From: Hydrurus foetidus
Taxonomy: Eukaryota
DNA length: 64,000 bases
Direction: 5' to 3'
Assembly: GCA_900617105.1 (NCBI GenBank)
Contig: UYFQ01000839.1
Span: 1-64,000 of the forward strand
In this document: positions 22,643 through 33,089 of the stretch, one piece after another
Numbering within the stretch: the first letter of the stretch is position 1
Layout: each line of letters begins with the position of its first letter
The notes under the pieces: generated by a model
Database searches by the model: none
What the model was told of the DNA's origin: nothing
Seen by the model: the letters and a program-made list of their open reading frames with translations, nothing else
Made by a program: the position numbers and the translations under genes

Positions 22643-24043
22643 TCAAGCCCCTGTGTAACCAGAGGCCTCAAGCGCCGACCGGGGCCAGCGCGCCGAGACC
22701 ACCGCCCCGCCCCGCCGACCATTGCGAAAATCCACCGTGGCCCCTGTCCGTTCCAGCAGGGTCTTGGCGATAAAGAAGCCCAGACCCATGCCGATATGGC
22801 CCGTGCGCGAGCCCTCGGCCCCCGGACGGGTGGTGACATAGGGCTCGCCCAGCTTGGCCAGCACCTCGGCCGAAAAGCCGGGACCGTCGTCGCGCACCTC
22901 GATGACGATTGAGCGCGGGTCGAAGCGGGCGATGACCAGCACCTCGGCGCGGGCGAAGTCGACGGCGTTCTCGACGATGGAGGTCATCGCGTGGATCACC
23001 TCGGGCCGCCGCCAGATGTCGGGCGCGGATTCCCCCGACGGACCGTTGACCACGGCCTCGACGCGCACGCCGTGCACCAGGTGCGGCTCGATGACGTCCT
23101 GGACCAGCTGGACCAGGCTCATGCGCTCGTGCACGGCGTCCTTGGCCTCGGGCATCTCGGTCAGGCGCTGGAGGATCTCGCGACAGCGCGCCGCCTGGCC
23201 GATCATCAGCTCGGCGTCCTCGCGGGTCTGGTCGTCGGGGGCGTTGCGGGCCATTTCGCGGGCGACCACCGAGATGGTCGCCAGGGGGGTGCCCAGCTCG
23301 TGGGCGGCGGCGGCGGCCAGGGCGCCCAGGGCCGACAGCCTCTGCTCGCGAGCCAGCACCGTCTCGGTGACGTTGAGGGCCAGCTCCATCCGCGCGGATT
23401 CGCTGGCCGCCTGCCAGGCATAGGCGCCGGTGATGATGATGCCCATGATCCGGGCCAGGATCATGATGGCCTGCTGCGCCAGCGGCGGCTCCACCATCGG
23501 CGGCGAGCCCGCCACCATGGGAACCGGCAGGTGGAAAAAGGCCAGCAGCACCGTGCTGGCGATGGCCAGCAGCGCCAGGCAAAGGGCGTAGCGGGCGGGC
23601 AGGGTGGCCGCCGCCAGCGTGACGGGCGCGATCAGCAGCAGGCAGAAGGCGTTGTGCGCCCCGCCGGTCAGGTACAGCAGGCCTGACAGCTGCAGGATGT
23701 CAAAGGCGATCTGGGCCGTGGCCTCGCCCTCGCGGGCCAGCCTCTGACCGCTCGAGGCCAGGCTCAGCAGCACATTGAGCCAAGCCGACAGGGCGATCAG
23801 CGAAAAGCACAGGGCCCAGGGAATCTCGAGCTTCAGCACCATGCCGACGAACAGCAGGGCTGCCGTCTGGCCCGCCACGGCCAGCCAGCGCTGGGCCAGC
23901 AAGGAACGAACCCGCAGACGTCCGCGACGCAGTCCGGGCGCAGCCCAGGACCAGCCATCATCTTGCGCCGGATCTTCACCCGGCTTATCGAGCCCCCTCG
24001 AACGCTGGTCTTCGGGCGCTCTTGCGAACGAAACGTCAGCCAT
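22643..24043 (-). CDS. regB: RegB/ActS/PrrB (SpdS-like) sensor histidine kinase
   Basis: LLYLTGG..N.F quinone-site region, AAAAAHELGTPLATI, RCREIL redox Cys, ENAVDFA, DDGPGF, GMGLGFFIA. Confidence 0.94.
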   Translation of the reverse strand: MADVSFARAPEDQRSRGLDKPGEDPAQDDGWSWAAPGLRRGRLRVRSLLAQRWLAVAGQTAALLFVGMVLKLEIPWALCFSLIALSAWLNVLLSLASSGQRLAREGEATAQIAFDILQLSGLLYLTGGAHNAFCLLLIAPVTLAAATLPARYALCLALLAIASTVLLAFFHLPVPMVAGSPPMVEPPLAQQAIMILARIMGIIITGAYAWQAASESARMELALNVTETVLAREQRLSALGALAAAAAHELGTPLATISVVAREMARNAPDDQTREDAELMIGQAARCREILQRLTEMPEAKDAVHERMSLVQLVQDVIEPHLVHGVRVEAVVNGPSGESAPDIWRRPEVIHAMTSIVENAVDFARAEVLVIARFDPRSIVIEVRDDGPGFSAEVLAKLGEPYVTTRPGAEGSRTGHIGMGLGFFIAKTLLERTGATVDFRNGRRGGAVVSARWPRSALEASGYTGA

Positions 24044-24092
24044 GTCGCAGGTTAAGTCCAGATTTTCGCGTCTGGCGAGAGCCAAAGGAAAA

Positions 24093-24692
24093 ATGCCCAT
24101 GCCTCGTCACCGCATCATCCTGATTCTGGCCTGTCTGATCGCCGCGATTTTCGCGACCGGCCTGGCCTTCCGAGCCGGCGTGTTCAAGCCGGCAAACGGC
24201 GCGGCGGCGGTGGGCGGACCCTTCCAGCTGGTCGACCAGAACGGCCTCGACCACGGAAAAGGCCCTGAAGGGCAAGTGGAGCGCGGTGTTTTCGGCTTCA
24301 CCTATTGCCCCGACGTTTGCCCCGGCACCCTGCAGGGCCTGGCGGCGGCCACCGACATCCTGGGTCCGAAGAAGGCCGAAGACCTGCGGATCGTCTTCGT
24401 CTCGGTCGATCCGGGCCGCGACGACGTGAAGCAGATGAAGGCCTATCTGACGGCCGACTACGTGCCCAAGTCGACGCTTGGCCTGACGGGAACGCCCGAG
24501 CAGGTCGCGGCGGCGGCCAAGGCTTACCGCGTCTATTACGCCAAGGTCGGCGACGGTCCCGGCTATACGATCGACCACTCGACGGCGATCTATCTGATGG
24601 ACCCCAAGGGCCGCTTCCGCACCGTGATCCCCTACAACCTGCCGCCGGAAGATATCGCCCGGCGCATCAACGACGCCATGCGCGAGGGCTGA
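24093..24692 (+). CDS. senC: SCO/SenC copper chaperone (local compensating frameshift near 24250-24290)
   Basis: VGGPFQLVDQNG, FGFTYCPDVCP (CxxxC), FVSVDPGRD, YTIDHS. Confidence 0.93.
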   Translation: MPMPRHRIILILACLIAAIFATGLAFRAGVFKPANGAAAVGGPFQLVDQNGLDHGKGPEGQVERGVFGFTYCPDVCPGTLQGLAAATDILGPKKAEDLRIVFVSVDPGRDDVKQMKAYLTADYVPKSTLGLTGTPEQVAAAAKAYRVYYAKVGDGPGYTIDHSTAIYLMDPKGRFRTVIPYNLPPEDIARRINDAMREG

Positions 24693-24767
24693 TCGCGGCC
24701 GGGCGCATCTTGGTTGGACTTTCTAGGTTTCGATATGCTGGCTGCGGCGCAACATATTGGATGCGCC

Positions 24768-26027
24768 ATGCTCTACGCCCTTCATGAAGCGGCCTATTAC
24801 GCCTCCTCCCCCTTGCGCGAAGCGGCCCGTGTCGCGCGCGACTTCTGGGGCTCGCCGCTAAACCCCGCCGCCAACACCGATCTTGGCCGCCGCATGCACG
24901 CCGGCGCCGACCTGTTCTCGAACGTCACGCGGCGATACGGAAAGCCGGCCTGGAACATCGACACCGTCAAGGTCGGCCAGGTCGATGTGCGGGTGCGCCC
25001 CACCGTGGTCTGGGAAAGCCCATGGGCCCGCGTCATCCAGTTCGACCGCGACATGGCCGACATGCGCCGGGCCGGCAAGTTCAGCCTCGATCCCGCCGTC
25101 CTGATCGTCGCGCCCCTTTCGGGTCACTACGCGACGCTGCTCCGGGGCACGGTCGAGGCCTTCCTGCCCGACCACGCGGTGTTCATCGTCGACTGGGTCA
25201 ACGCCCGCGAAGTCTCGATGCTGGAAGGCCGCTTCGACTTCCACGACTATATCGACCACATCATCCAGATGCTGGCCGTGCTGGGCCCGCGCCCCAATGT
25301 CGTGGCCGTCTGCCAGCCCGGCCCGCCGGTTCTGGCCGCCGCCGCCCTGATGGCCGCCGACAATCACCCCTCGCGCCCGGCCAGCATGACCTTCATGGGC
25401 TCGCCGATCGATGCGCGCCTGTCGCCGACCGTGACCAACAACTGGCCGAGGAAGCCCTTCGCCTGGTTCCAGTCCAACATGATCTACACCGTGCCGCCGC
25501 CCTATGTGGGCGCGGGTCGGCGGGTCTATCCGGGCTTCGTTCAGCTGGCCAGCTTCATGAGCATGAACAAGGCCAAGCACCAGGAAGCCCACAAGCGCTA
25601 CTTCCAGGACCTGGTGAAGGGCGACGGCGACAGCGCCGACAAGCACCTGGAATTCTACAACGAGTACCTGTCGGTCCTGGACCTGACCGAAGAGTTCTAC
25701 CTGCAGACCATCGACATCGTCTTCCAGCAGCACCTGCTGCCCAAGGGCGAGCTGATGCATCGCGGCAAGCTGGTGCGGCCCGACCTGATCACCGACATCG
25801 GCCTGATGACGGTCGAGGGCGAGAACGACGACATCTCCGGCATCGGCCAGACCCAGGCCGCCCACGGCCTGACGCCCAACCTGCCCGACGACATGAAGAC
25901 CGACTACGTCCAGCCCGGCGTCGGTCACTACGGCGTCTTCAACGGTCGCCGGTTCCGCGAGGAGATCTATCCCCGCGTGCGGGCGTTCATCCGCAAGAGC
26001 GATCCCAACTTCCCCGACGAGGTCTGA
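24768..26027 (+). CDS. phaZ: Intracellular poly(3-hydroxybutyrate) depolymerase
   Basis: LIVAPLSGHYATLLRGTV, VAVCQPG (catalytic Cys), RRVYPGFVQL, VEGENDDISG.GQT, VGHYGVFNG. Confidence 0.94.
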   Translation: MLYALHEAAYYASSPLREAARVARDFWGSPLNPAANTDLGRRMHAGADLFSNVTRRYGKPAWNIDTVKVGQVDVRVRPTVVWESPWARVIQFDRDMADMRRAGKFSLDPAVLIVAPLSGHYATLLRGTVEAFLPDHAVFIVDWVNAREVSMLEGRFDFHDYIDHIIQMLAVLGPRPNVVAVCQPGPPVLAAAALMAADNHPSRPASMTFMGSPIDARLSPTVTNNWPRKPFAWFQSNMIYTVPPPYVGAGRRVYPGFVQLASFMSMNKAKHQEAHKRYFQDLVKGDGDSADKHLEFYNEYLSVLDLTEEFYLQTIDIVFQQHLLPKGELMHRGKLVRPDLITDIGLMTVEGENDDISGIGQTQAAHGLTPNLPDDMKTDYVQPGVGHYGVFNGRRFREEIYPRVRAFIRKSDPNFPDEV

Positions 26028-26075
26028 CCGCGCCGCCTGCCTTGCATCGCCGTCGTCTAGAAGCGATGTAGGGGC

Positions 26076-26798
26076 ATGGGTCTGTTCACCGCTGCTCAGC
26101 GCTTTTCCGACGGCGACCGGCTGGACGTGGCCGGCTGCCCCGTGCGGCTGAAGGTCGACGGACGGGCCCGGCGCATCTCGCTGCGGGTCGATCGCGCCAG
26201 GTCCGAAGTGGTCGCCCTGGCCCCCAATCCGCGCCGGCTCTCCGAAGCCGTCGCCTTCGCCCACGAAAAGTCCGCCTGGATCGCCGGCCAACTGGCCGCC
26301 CTGCCAGGGCGGATCAGCGTCGCGCCGGGCGGAATCCTGCGGCTTTACGACAAGGCCTACAGGCTCGAGGTCGGCCCCGGCCGGGCGCGCATCGACGGCG
26401 ATCGCCTGGTCGCGCCCGACGACGCCAACTGGGGCCTCAAGGTGCTGCGGCTGGCCAAGCGCGAGGCCCTGACCGTGCTGACCGACCGCACCGCCATCCA
26501 CGCCCAGGCCCTGGGTCGGCCGATGCCTTCGGTGGCGGTGGCCGACCCCAAGGCGCGCTGGGGCTCGTGCCGGGCGGCGCGGCCTGGAACGCCGGCCGCC
26601 ATCCGCTACAGCTGGCGCCTGATCCTGGCTCCGGCGGCGGTGGCCGACTATGTCGCCGCCCATGAATGCGCGCACCTGGTCGAGGCCAATCACGGGCCCA
26701 GGTTCTGGGCGCTGTGCGAGCGGCTGGTGGGCGATCCCGCCCCGCACAGGGCCTGGCTGCGGGCGCATGCGGCCGAGCTGCACGCGATCTCGGCCTGA
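26076..26798 (+). CDS. YgjP/SprT-like (M48, DUF45) zinc metallopeptidase family protein
   Basis: KARWGSC, YSWRLILAP, YVAAHECAHL (HExxH), NHGPRFW. Confidence 0.9.
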   Translation: MGLFTAAQRFSDGDRLDVAGCPVRLKVDGRARRISLRVDRARSEVVALAPNPRRLSEAVAFAHEKSAWIAGQLAALPGRISVAPGGILRLYDKAYRLEVGPGRARIDGDRLVAPDDANWGLKVLRLAKREALTVLTDRTAIHAQALGRPMPSVAVADPKARWGSCRAARPGTPAAIRYSWRLILAPAAVADYVAAHECAHLVEANHGPRFWALCERLVGDPAPHRAWLRAHAAELHAISA

Positions 26799-26799
26799 G

Positions 26800-26979
26800 G
26801 TCATCCCGGGCGACCTCGTCGCTCCGGGATGACGGGAGGGCTACATCGGCGAGGCCCGTCATAGCTTGTCATCCCGGACAAGCCTGGCGAAGCCGGGTGC
26901 CGATCCGGGACCGACCTGGAACGCGGCGCTCAGGCGTCGGTCCCGGATCTTCACGCTGCGCGCTCGTCCGGGATGACAA
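26800..26979. repeat. Two intergenic palindromic repeats, family A (GTCATCCCGG..CCGGGATGAC)
   Basis: Short copy at 26800-26833 and long copy at 26866-26979, between the convergent peptidase and asd genes. Confidence 0.85.
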
Positions 26980-27028
26980 CCTTTTGGCCATATGCGCGAT
27001 AGCCCTGGGGATGACGGGGTCTGGGCGT

Positions 27029-28082
<1,054 letters not shown>

Positions 28083-28119
28083 CCCCTGGAAAGTGCGGAG
28101 GCGCGGGGAGCTTCAGGTC

Positions 28120-28160
28120 TCTTGGAAAGTGAGAGCCGCCCCGCGCATCGGCGGGGCTGA
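28120..28160 (-). terminator. Candidate attenuator terminator hairpin of the asd leader
   Basis: Minus strand AGCCCCGC-CGATGC-GCGGGGC followed by GGCTCTCACTTTCC (weak U tail). Confidence 0.5.
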
Positions 28161-28174
28161 ATTCGGAATGCTGG

Positions 28175-28255
28175 CTAGATCGCGCACAGACCCGAAGACG
28201 CCCCACCGAAGCGGGTCGTTTTTGGGGTCATAATAGTGGTCGCGGCGATATGCAT
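28175..28255 (-). CDS. Putative asd leader peptide (26 aa)
   Basis: MHIAATTIMTPKTTRFGGASSGLCAI*. Nine of residues 3-14 are Thr, Ile, Met or Lys. Overlapping alternative hairpins lie downstream. Confidence 0.72.
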   Translation of the reverse strand: MHIAATTIMTPKTTRFGGASSGLCAI

Positions 28256-28294
28256 CGGCGGGGTTTTTAGCGGTGAAGGCTGTTCGTAGTGGAG

Positions 28295-28424
28295 CTTTCT
28301 CCCTCGTGGAGAAGGTGCCTGGCGCAGCCGACGTATGTGAGGGGTTGAAAGACCCGTCTGATAGGGCCGGGGCGACCTCATCCGGACCCCGGCTCGCCGG
28401 GCCGCGCTCCCGAAGGGGAGAAGG
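28295..28424. repeat. Degenerate family-B palindromic repeat
   Basis: CTTTCTCCC-TCGT-GGAGAAGG ... GTGAGGGG/ACCTCATCC ... CTCCCGAAGGGGAGAAGG. Confidence 0.65.
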
Positions 28425-28454
28425 GGTGGGCGTGTCGGAGGACCGCCTCCGCCC

Positions 28455-29128
28455 CTAACCCGCCGCCCCCAGCCGCTCCCACCCGTCAAAGAACGGAAAC
28501 CGCTCCGCCCAGAACGCCGCGAACCTCGGATCAGCGTCCACCCGCCTAACCACCTCCGCCATCCTCGGCGCCGACCTCGTAGAACCGCAACCGGCGGTGC
28601 CCCCAGCGGCTGACGACGGCGACATAGAGGTCGAGCACGCTCATCTGGTCGCCCAGCAGGTACCGCCCCGGCGAAAGCTGGCTCTCCATCATCGCCCAGC
28701 AGTCGGCGATGCGGTCGGCGGTGGCGGCCTTGACCCGGGCCTGCATCGCCGTGTCGTCGCCCACCAGGCGCGAGGGATCATCGCGCACCCAGAACAGGCT
28801 GTAGATCGAGGCCGGGATGAAGGTCATCCAGCGCAGGAACTGGGCGCGTTCCGGCGCGCCGAGGGTCGGGGACAGGCCCGCCTGCGGATGGCGGTCGGCC
28901 AGCCAGATCAGGATGGCGGCGCTCTCGGTGATCGTCTCGCCGGCCGGGTGACCAGGGCCGGATCTGTTTCAGCGGGTTGACCACGGCCACCTTGGCCTGC
29001 TGCGACTCGCCTTCCCAGGTCGGCGCCTCTATGACCGCATAGGGCTGCCCCAGCAGGGTCAAAGTGGCCTCAACAGGCACGGAACCCGAGCCAAGCGCGC
29101 CGTAAATGGTATATGCTGCGTTAACCAT
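28455..29128 (-). CDS. Glutathione S-transferase family protein (frameshifted)
   Basis: YGALGSGSVPVEATL, VNPLKQI, TITESAAILIWLAD, YLLGDQMSVLDLY. Confidence 0.88.
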
Positions 29129-29143
29129 CGATTAGTAATCTAC

Positions 29144-29190
29144 CCACAACATGTTGTGTGCTGCGACCAACTGACCACTAGATGAACCTG
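29144..29190 (+). promoter_or_regulatory. Tandem NrdR boxes upstream of nrdB
   Basis: CCACAACATGTTGTGT (palindromic) at 29144-29159 and a degenerate CCACTAGATGAACCTG starting 31 bp later. Confidence 0.75.
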
Positions 29191-29261
29191 TTGGCTGCGG
29201 TACGAAGAGAGCCTAACTCGTCCGTCCGATTCGTGTCCGCCCGCCCTTGGAGCCGCTGCCG

Positions 29262-30300
29262 ATGTCCGCCAAGCTTATCACCCTTCCTGGCCTCCTGACG
29301 CCTTCGGCAGCCTACAAGCCCTTCCGTTATCCGTGGGCTCACGAGTTCTGGAAGAAGCAGCAGCAGGTCCACTGGATGCCCGAAGAGGTGCCGCTGGGCG
29401 AGGACCTCAAGGACTGGGCCGTCAAGCTCAATGACAAGGAACGGAACCTGCTGACGCAGATCTTCCGCTTCTTTACCCAGGCCGATATCGAGGTCGCCGA
29501 CAACTACATGGAACGCTACGGCCGGGTGTTCAAACCCACCGAAGTGAAGATGATGCTGTCGTCGTTCGCCAATATGGAGACCATCCATATTGCGGCCTAC
29601 GCCCTGCTGCTCGAGACCATCGGCATGCCGGAAAGCGAGTTCGGGGCCTTCCTCGAATATGAGGCCATGCGCGACAAGCACGACTTCATGCAGAAGTTCG
29701 GCGTCGAGACCAATGCCGACATCGCCCGCACCCTGGCGATGTTTGGCGGCTTCACCGAGGGCCTGCAGCTGTTCGCCAGCTTTGCCATGCTGATGAACTT
29801 CCCGCGCTTCAACAAGATGAAGGGCATGGGCCAGATCGTGTCCTGGTCGATCCGCGACGAGCCTGCACTGCGAAGGCATCATCAAGCTGTACCACGCCTT
29901 CAACGCCGAGACCGGCGCGGTGACCAAGGCCGTGGCCGACGACATCGTCGACTGCTGCAAGACCGTGGTGGCCCTGGAGGACAAGTTCATCGACCTGGCC
30001 TTCGAGGCCGGCGAGGTCCAGGGCATGACCCCGGAAGACATCAAGCAATATATCCGCTTCATCGCCGACTGGCGCCTGCGCCAGCTGCAGCTGCCGGAAG
30101 TCTATGGCATCAAGGAAAACCCGCTGCCGTGGCTGCAGTCGCTGCTGAGCGGCGTCGAGCACGCCAACTTCTTCGAGGCCCGCGCCACCGAATATTCCAA
30201 GGCCGCGACCCGGGGCCAGTGGCATGGCGGCGAAGGCGTGTGGTCCAGCTTCGAACAGCTGATGGCCAAGCGTTCGGAGTCGTCGCTGCCGGCGGAGTGA
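29262..30300 (+). CDS. nrdB: Class Ia ribonucleotide reductase beta subunit (frameshift near 29862)
   Basis: YKPFRYPWA, HWMPEEV, FFTQADIEV, METIHIAAY (radical Tyr), FTEGLQLFASF, SIRDE(S)LH, NFFEARATEY. Confidence 0.96.
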
Positions 30301-30318
30301 TTTTTCGCAACGTGACGG

Positions 30319-30354
30319 AAACGCCGCCCTCTAACAGGGCGGCGTTTTTTTTTT
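30319..30354 (+). terminator. Rho-independent terminator after nrdB
   Basis: AAACGCCGCCCT-CTAAC-AGGGCGGCG followed by a run of nine T. Confidence 0.9.
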
Positions 30355-30365
30355 GGAGCCCCCTC

Positions 30366-31241
30366 ATGACCACCATCGCCTTGATCGGACCCGGCGCGGT
30401 CGGTGGAACCATCGCCGCCTGGCTGGCCCAGAGCCCGGCCCTGTCGGTGACAGTCTGCGCTCGCACGCCGTTCGAGGGCCTGGACGTCCAGACGCCCGGC
30501 GGGGTGATCACGGCCGCTCCCACGGTGCTGACCGATCCGGCCAAGGCCCGCCCCGTCGACTGGGTGCTGATCGCCACCAAGACCTACGACACCGCTTCGG
30601 CGCAGGGTTGGCTGGACGCCCTGGTGGGTCCCGAAACCCGCCTGGCCGTGCTGCGCAACGGGGTCGAGCATGTCGAGCCGTTCCTGGATCGCCTGCCGGC
30701 CGAGCGCATCGTGCCGGCGGTGGTCGACATCCCCGCCGAGCGCAGCGCGCCGGGCCGCATCCTGCAGCGCCGCGACGGCTGGATCCAGGTTCCGGACGAC
30801 GCGGCCGGCCGCGCCTTTGTGGCCCTGTTCGCCCACACGCCCATCGCGGTCTCGACCACGGCGGACTTCACGACGCAGGCGTGGAAGAAGCTGGCCCTCA
30901 ACTGCGCCGGGGCGGTCAACGCCCTGGTGCTGAAGCCGGCGAGCCTGGCCCATGACGAGGGCGCGGCCCAGGTGATGCGGACCCTGGTGGCCGAATGCGT
31001 GGCCGTGGGCCGGGCCGAGGGCGCGGACCTGCCCGACGACCTGCCCGACGCCGTGATCGCCGGCTATCGCGGCGCCGCGCCGGACTCTGTCAATTCGCTG
31101 CACGCCGACCGCCTGGCGGGACGGCCGATGGAGCTGGACGCCCGCAACGGCGTGATCGTGCGTCGCGGCGCCCGGCACGGCATCGCCACGCCGGCCAACG
31201 CCATGGTGGTGGCGCTGATCAACGCGGCGGCGCGGCCCTAG
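30366..31241 (+). CDS. panE: 2-dehydropantoate 2-reductase (ketopantoate reductase)
   Basis: IALIGPGAVGG, LIATKTYD, LRNGV, WKKLALN, SLHADRLAGRPMELDARNG. Confidence 0.9.
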   Translation: MTTIALIGPGAVGGTIAAWLAQSPALSVTVCARTPFEGLDVQTPGGVITAAPTVLTDPAKARPVDWVLIATKTYDTASAQGWLDALVGPETRLAVLRNGVEHVEPFLDRLPAERIVPAVVDIPAERSAPGRILQRRDGWIQVPDDAAGRAFVALFAHTPIAVSTTADFTTQAWKKLALNCAGAVNALVLKPASLAHDEGAAQVMRTLVAECVAVGRAEGADLPDDLPDAVIAGYRGAAPDSVNSLHADRLAGRPMELDARNGVIVRRGARHGIATPANAMVVALINAAARP

Positions 31242-31244
31242 GGT

Positions 31245-31670
31245 TTAAGGCCGGTCCTTCTTGGGGATCGCCGCGATTTCCTCGGGCGTCAGCTTGGTGA
31301 TGGTCTTGGCGCGGATCGGCATGGCGAAGCCCATGCCGTCCGAGACCCGCAGGTCCAGGTCGAGGGGATGGCAGATCCGGTCGCTGCCGCGCACCACGCT
31401 GACAATGTGCGAGCCGGGCGAGCCCAGCTGGTTGGAGCCGCCGGTCAGGTCCAGGCGATAGACGTCCTTGTTGCGGACCTTCATGTACAGCACATCGCGG
31501 CGTGGCGAGCTCCAGCCATGCCAGTCCGACAGCGAGAAGCAGGGCGGGCGTGGCTTGGCTTGCGCCGGAGCGCTGGTCTGGGCGTGGGCCGTCGAGGCGA
31601 GCAGGCCGGCGGCCGTCAGGGCCATGAGGCCGGTGCGAGTGACAGGCATGATCTTGCGCATTTTTGTCAT
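31245..31670 (-). CDS. Exported DUF6491-like protein
   Basis: Signal peptide, CF....W, YRLDL, RICHPLDLD, LTPEEIAAIPKKDRP. A TTGACA -35 element lies upstream on the same strand. Confidence 0.75.
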   Translation of the reverse strand: MTKMRKIMPVTRTGLMALTAAGLLASTAHAQTSAPAQAKPRPPCFSLSDWHGWSSPRRDVLYMKVRNKDVYRLDLTGGSNQLGSPGSHIVSVVRGSDRICHPLDLDLRVSDGMGFAMPIRAKTITKLTPEEIAAIPKKDRP

Positions 31671-31766
31671 CCTAATCAGTCCCCTGACCTGAAGATTGGG
31701 CTTCGGCGGGCCCATGTCAACGGTCTTGTGCAGTAATTACTGAATGGGGCTGCGCGGCCGAACGGA

Positions 31767-31800
31767 AACGGCCCGCCTCGGGGTGCGAGGCGGGCCGTCT
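31767..31800 (-). terminator. Terminator-like hairpin after the DAACS transporter
   Basis: ACGGCCCGCCTCG-GGGTG-CGAGGCGGGCCGT inverted repeat. Confidence 0.7.
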
Positions 31801-31832
31801 GTCGTGTCGATGGGGCCGGTTTGGCGCGAGGA

Positions 31833-33089
31833 TCAGGCCTTGGCCGGCGCCTCTTCGGGGACGATGTCGTCCAGTTCGCCTTCCCACTTTGCGACCACGG
31901 CGGCGGCGACGCTGTTGCCGACCACGTTGGTGGCCGAGCGGCCCATGTCCAGCAGATGGTCGACGCCCAGGACCAGAGCGATCCAGGCTTCCGGCAGGCC
32001 GAAATAGGTCAGGGTGGCCATGATCACCACCAGCGAGGCGCGCGGCACGCCGGCGATGCCCTTGGAGGTCACCATCAGCAGCAGCAGCATGAAGATCTGC
32101 TGGGCCACGGTCAGCTCCACCCCGTGCGCCTGCATGATGAACATGGTGGCGAAGGTGCAGTACAGCATCGAGCCGTCGAGATTGAACGAATAGCCCAGCG
32201 GCAGCACGAAGCTGACGATGCGGCGGCGCACGCCCACCTTGGGCAGGCTGTCGAGGATGCGCGGATAGGCGGCTTCCGACGAGGCGGTCGAGAAGGCCAG
32301 CAGGGTGGGGTCGCGGATCACGCCAAACAGCGGGATCACCCGCTTGCCCAGCACGGCGGCGCCGGCCAGGAACAGCAGCAGCCACAGCACGCCCATGGTG
32401 GCGTAGAAGCCCAGCACGAACTTGCCATAGGTGGCCAGCATGCCCAGGCCCTGGGTGGCGATGGTCGAGGCCAGGGCCGCGAAGATGGCCAGCGGGGCCA
32501 GCTTCATGACAAAGCTCGTGACCTTCAGCATGATCTGGGCGGCCTGCTCGACCAGCTCCAGAACCTTGGGCGCCTTGTCGTCGAGGGCCGCGACGGCGGT
32601 GCCGACGAACAGCGAGAAGACGACGATCTGCAGGATCTCGTTCTTGGCCATGGCGTCGAAGATCGAGGTCGGCACCAGATGGGTAATGAAGCCCTTGAGG
32701 GTGAAGGCCTCGGTGGTGGCCGTCGTCTTGGCGCCGACGATGTCCATGTGGGCCATGTTCAGGCCCGCGCCCGGATCCAGCAGGTGAACCATCAGCAGGC
32801 CCAGCACCAGGGAGACGGCCGAGGCGCCGATGAACCAGGTCATGGTCTTGGCGCCGATGCGGCCGACGGCGGCGGCGTCTTCCATGTGCGCGACGCCGGC
32901 CACCAGGGTCGTGAAGACCAGCGGGGCGATGATCATCTTGATCAGGCGCAGGAAGATGTCGGTGATGATCGACAGATTGCCGGCGGCGGCCTTGGCGGCG
33001 ACCGGATCAAGGAACTGGTTGCAGGCCCAGCCCACCGTGACCCCAAGGACCATGGACGCGATGATCAGATAGGCGAAACGCTTGTTCAT
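31833..33089 (-). CDS. Dicarboxylate/amino acid:cation symporter (DctA/GltP family)
   Basis: FLRLIKMIIAPLVF, AFSTASSEAAYP, LPLGYSFNLDGS, SKGIAGVPRAS, DMGRSATNVVGN. Confidence 0.95.
   Translation of the reverse strand: MNKRFAYLIIASMVLGVTVGWACNQFLDPVAAKAAAGNLSIITDIFLRLIKMIIAPLVFTTLVAGVAHMEDAAAVGRIGAKTMTWFIGASAVSLVLGLLMVHLLDPGAGLNMAHMDIVGAKTTATTEAFTLKGFITHLVPTSIFDAMAKNEILQIVVFSLFVGTAVAALDDKAPKVLELVEQAAQIMLKVTSFVMKLAPLAIFAALASTIATQGLGMLATYGKFVLGFYATMGVLWLLLFLAGAAVLGKRVIPLFGVIRDPTLLAFSTASSEAAYPRILDSLPKVGVRRRIVSFVLPLGYSFNLDGSMLYCTFATMFIMQAHGVELTVAQQIFMLLLLMVTSKGIAGVPRASLVVIMATLTYFGLPEAWIALVLGVDHLLDMGRSATNVVGNSVAAAVVAKWEGELDDIVPEEAPAKA

Noticed and set aside
26800..27020. Clustered repeats as a possible CRISPR array
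   Set aside because: The repeats are inverted and variable in length, with no regular unique spacers and no cas genes.
29247..31241. 664-aa apparent NrdB-PanE fusion in the ORF track
   Set aside because: A frameshift near 29862 causes it. The true NrdB C-terminus is in another frame ending at 30300, followed by a strong terminator and a separate panE start.
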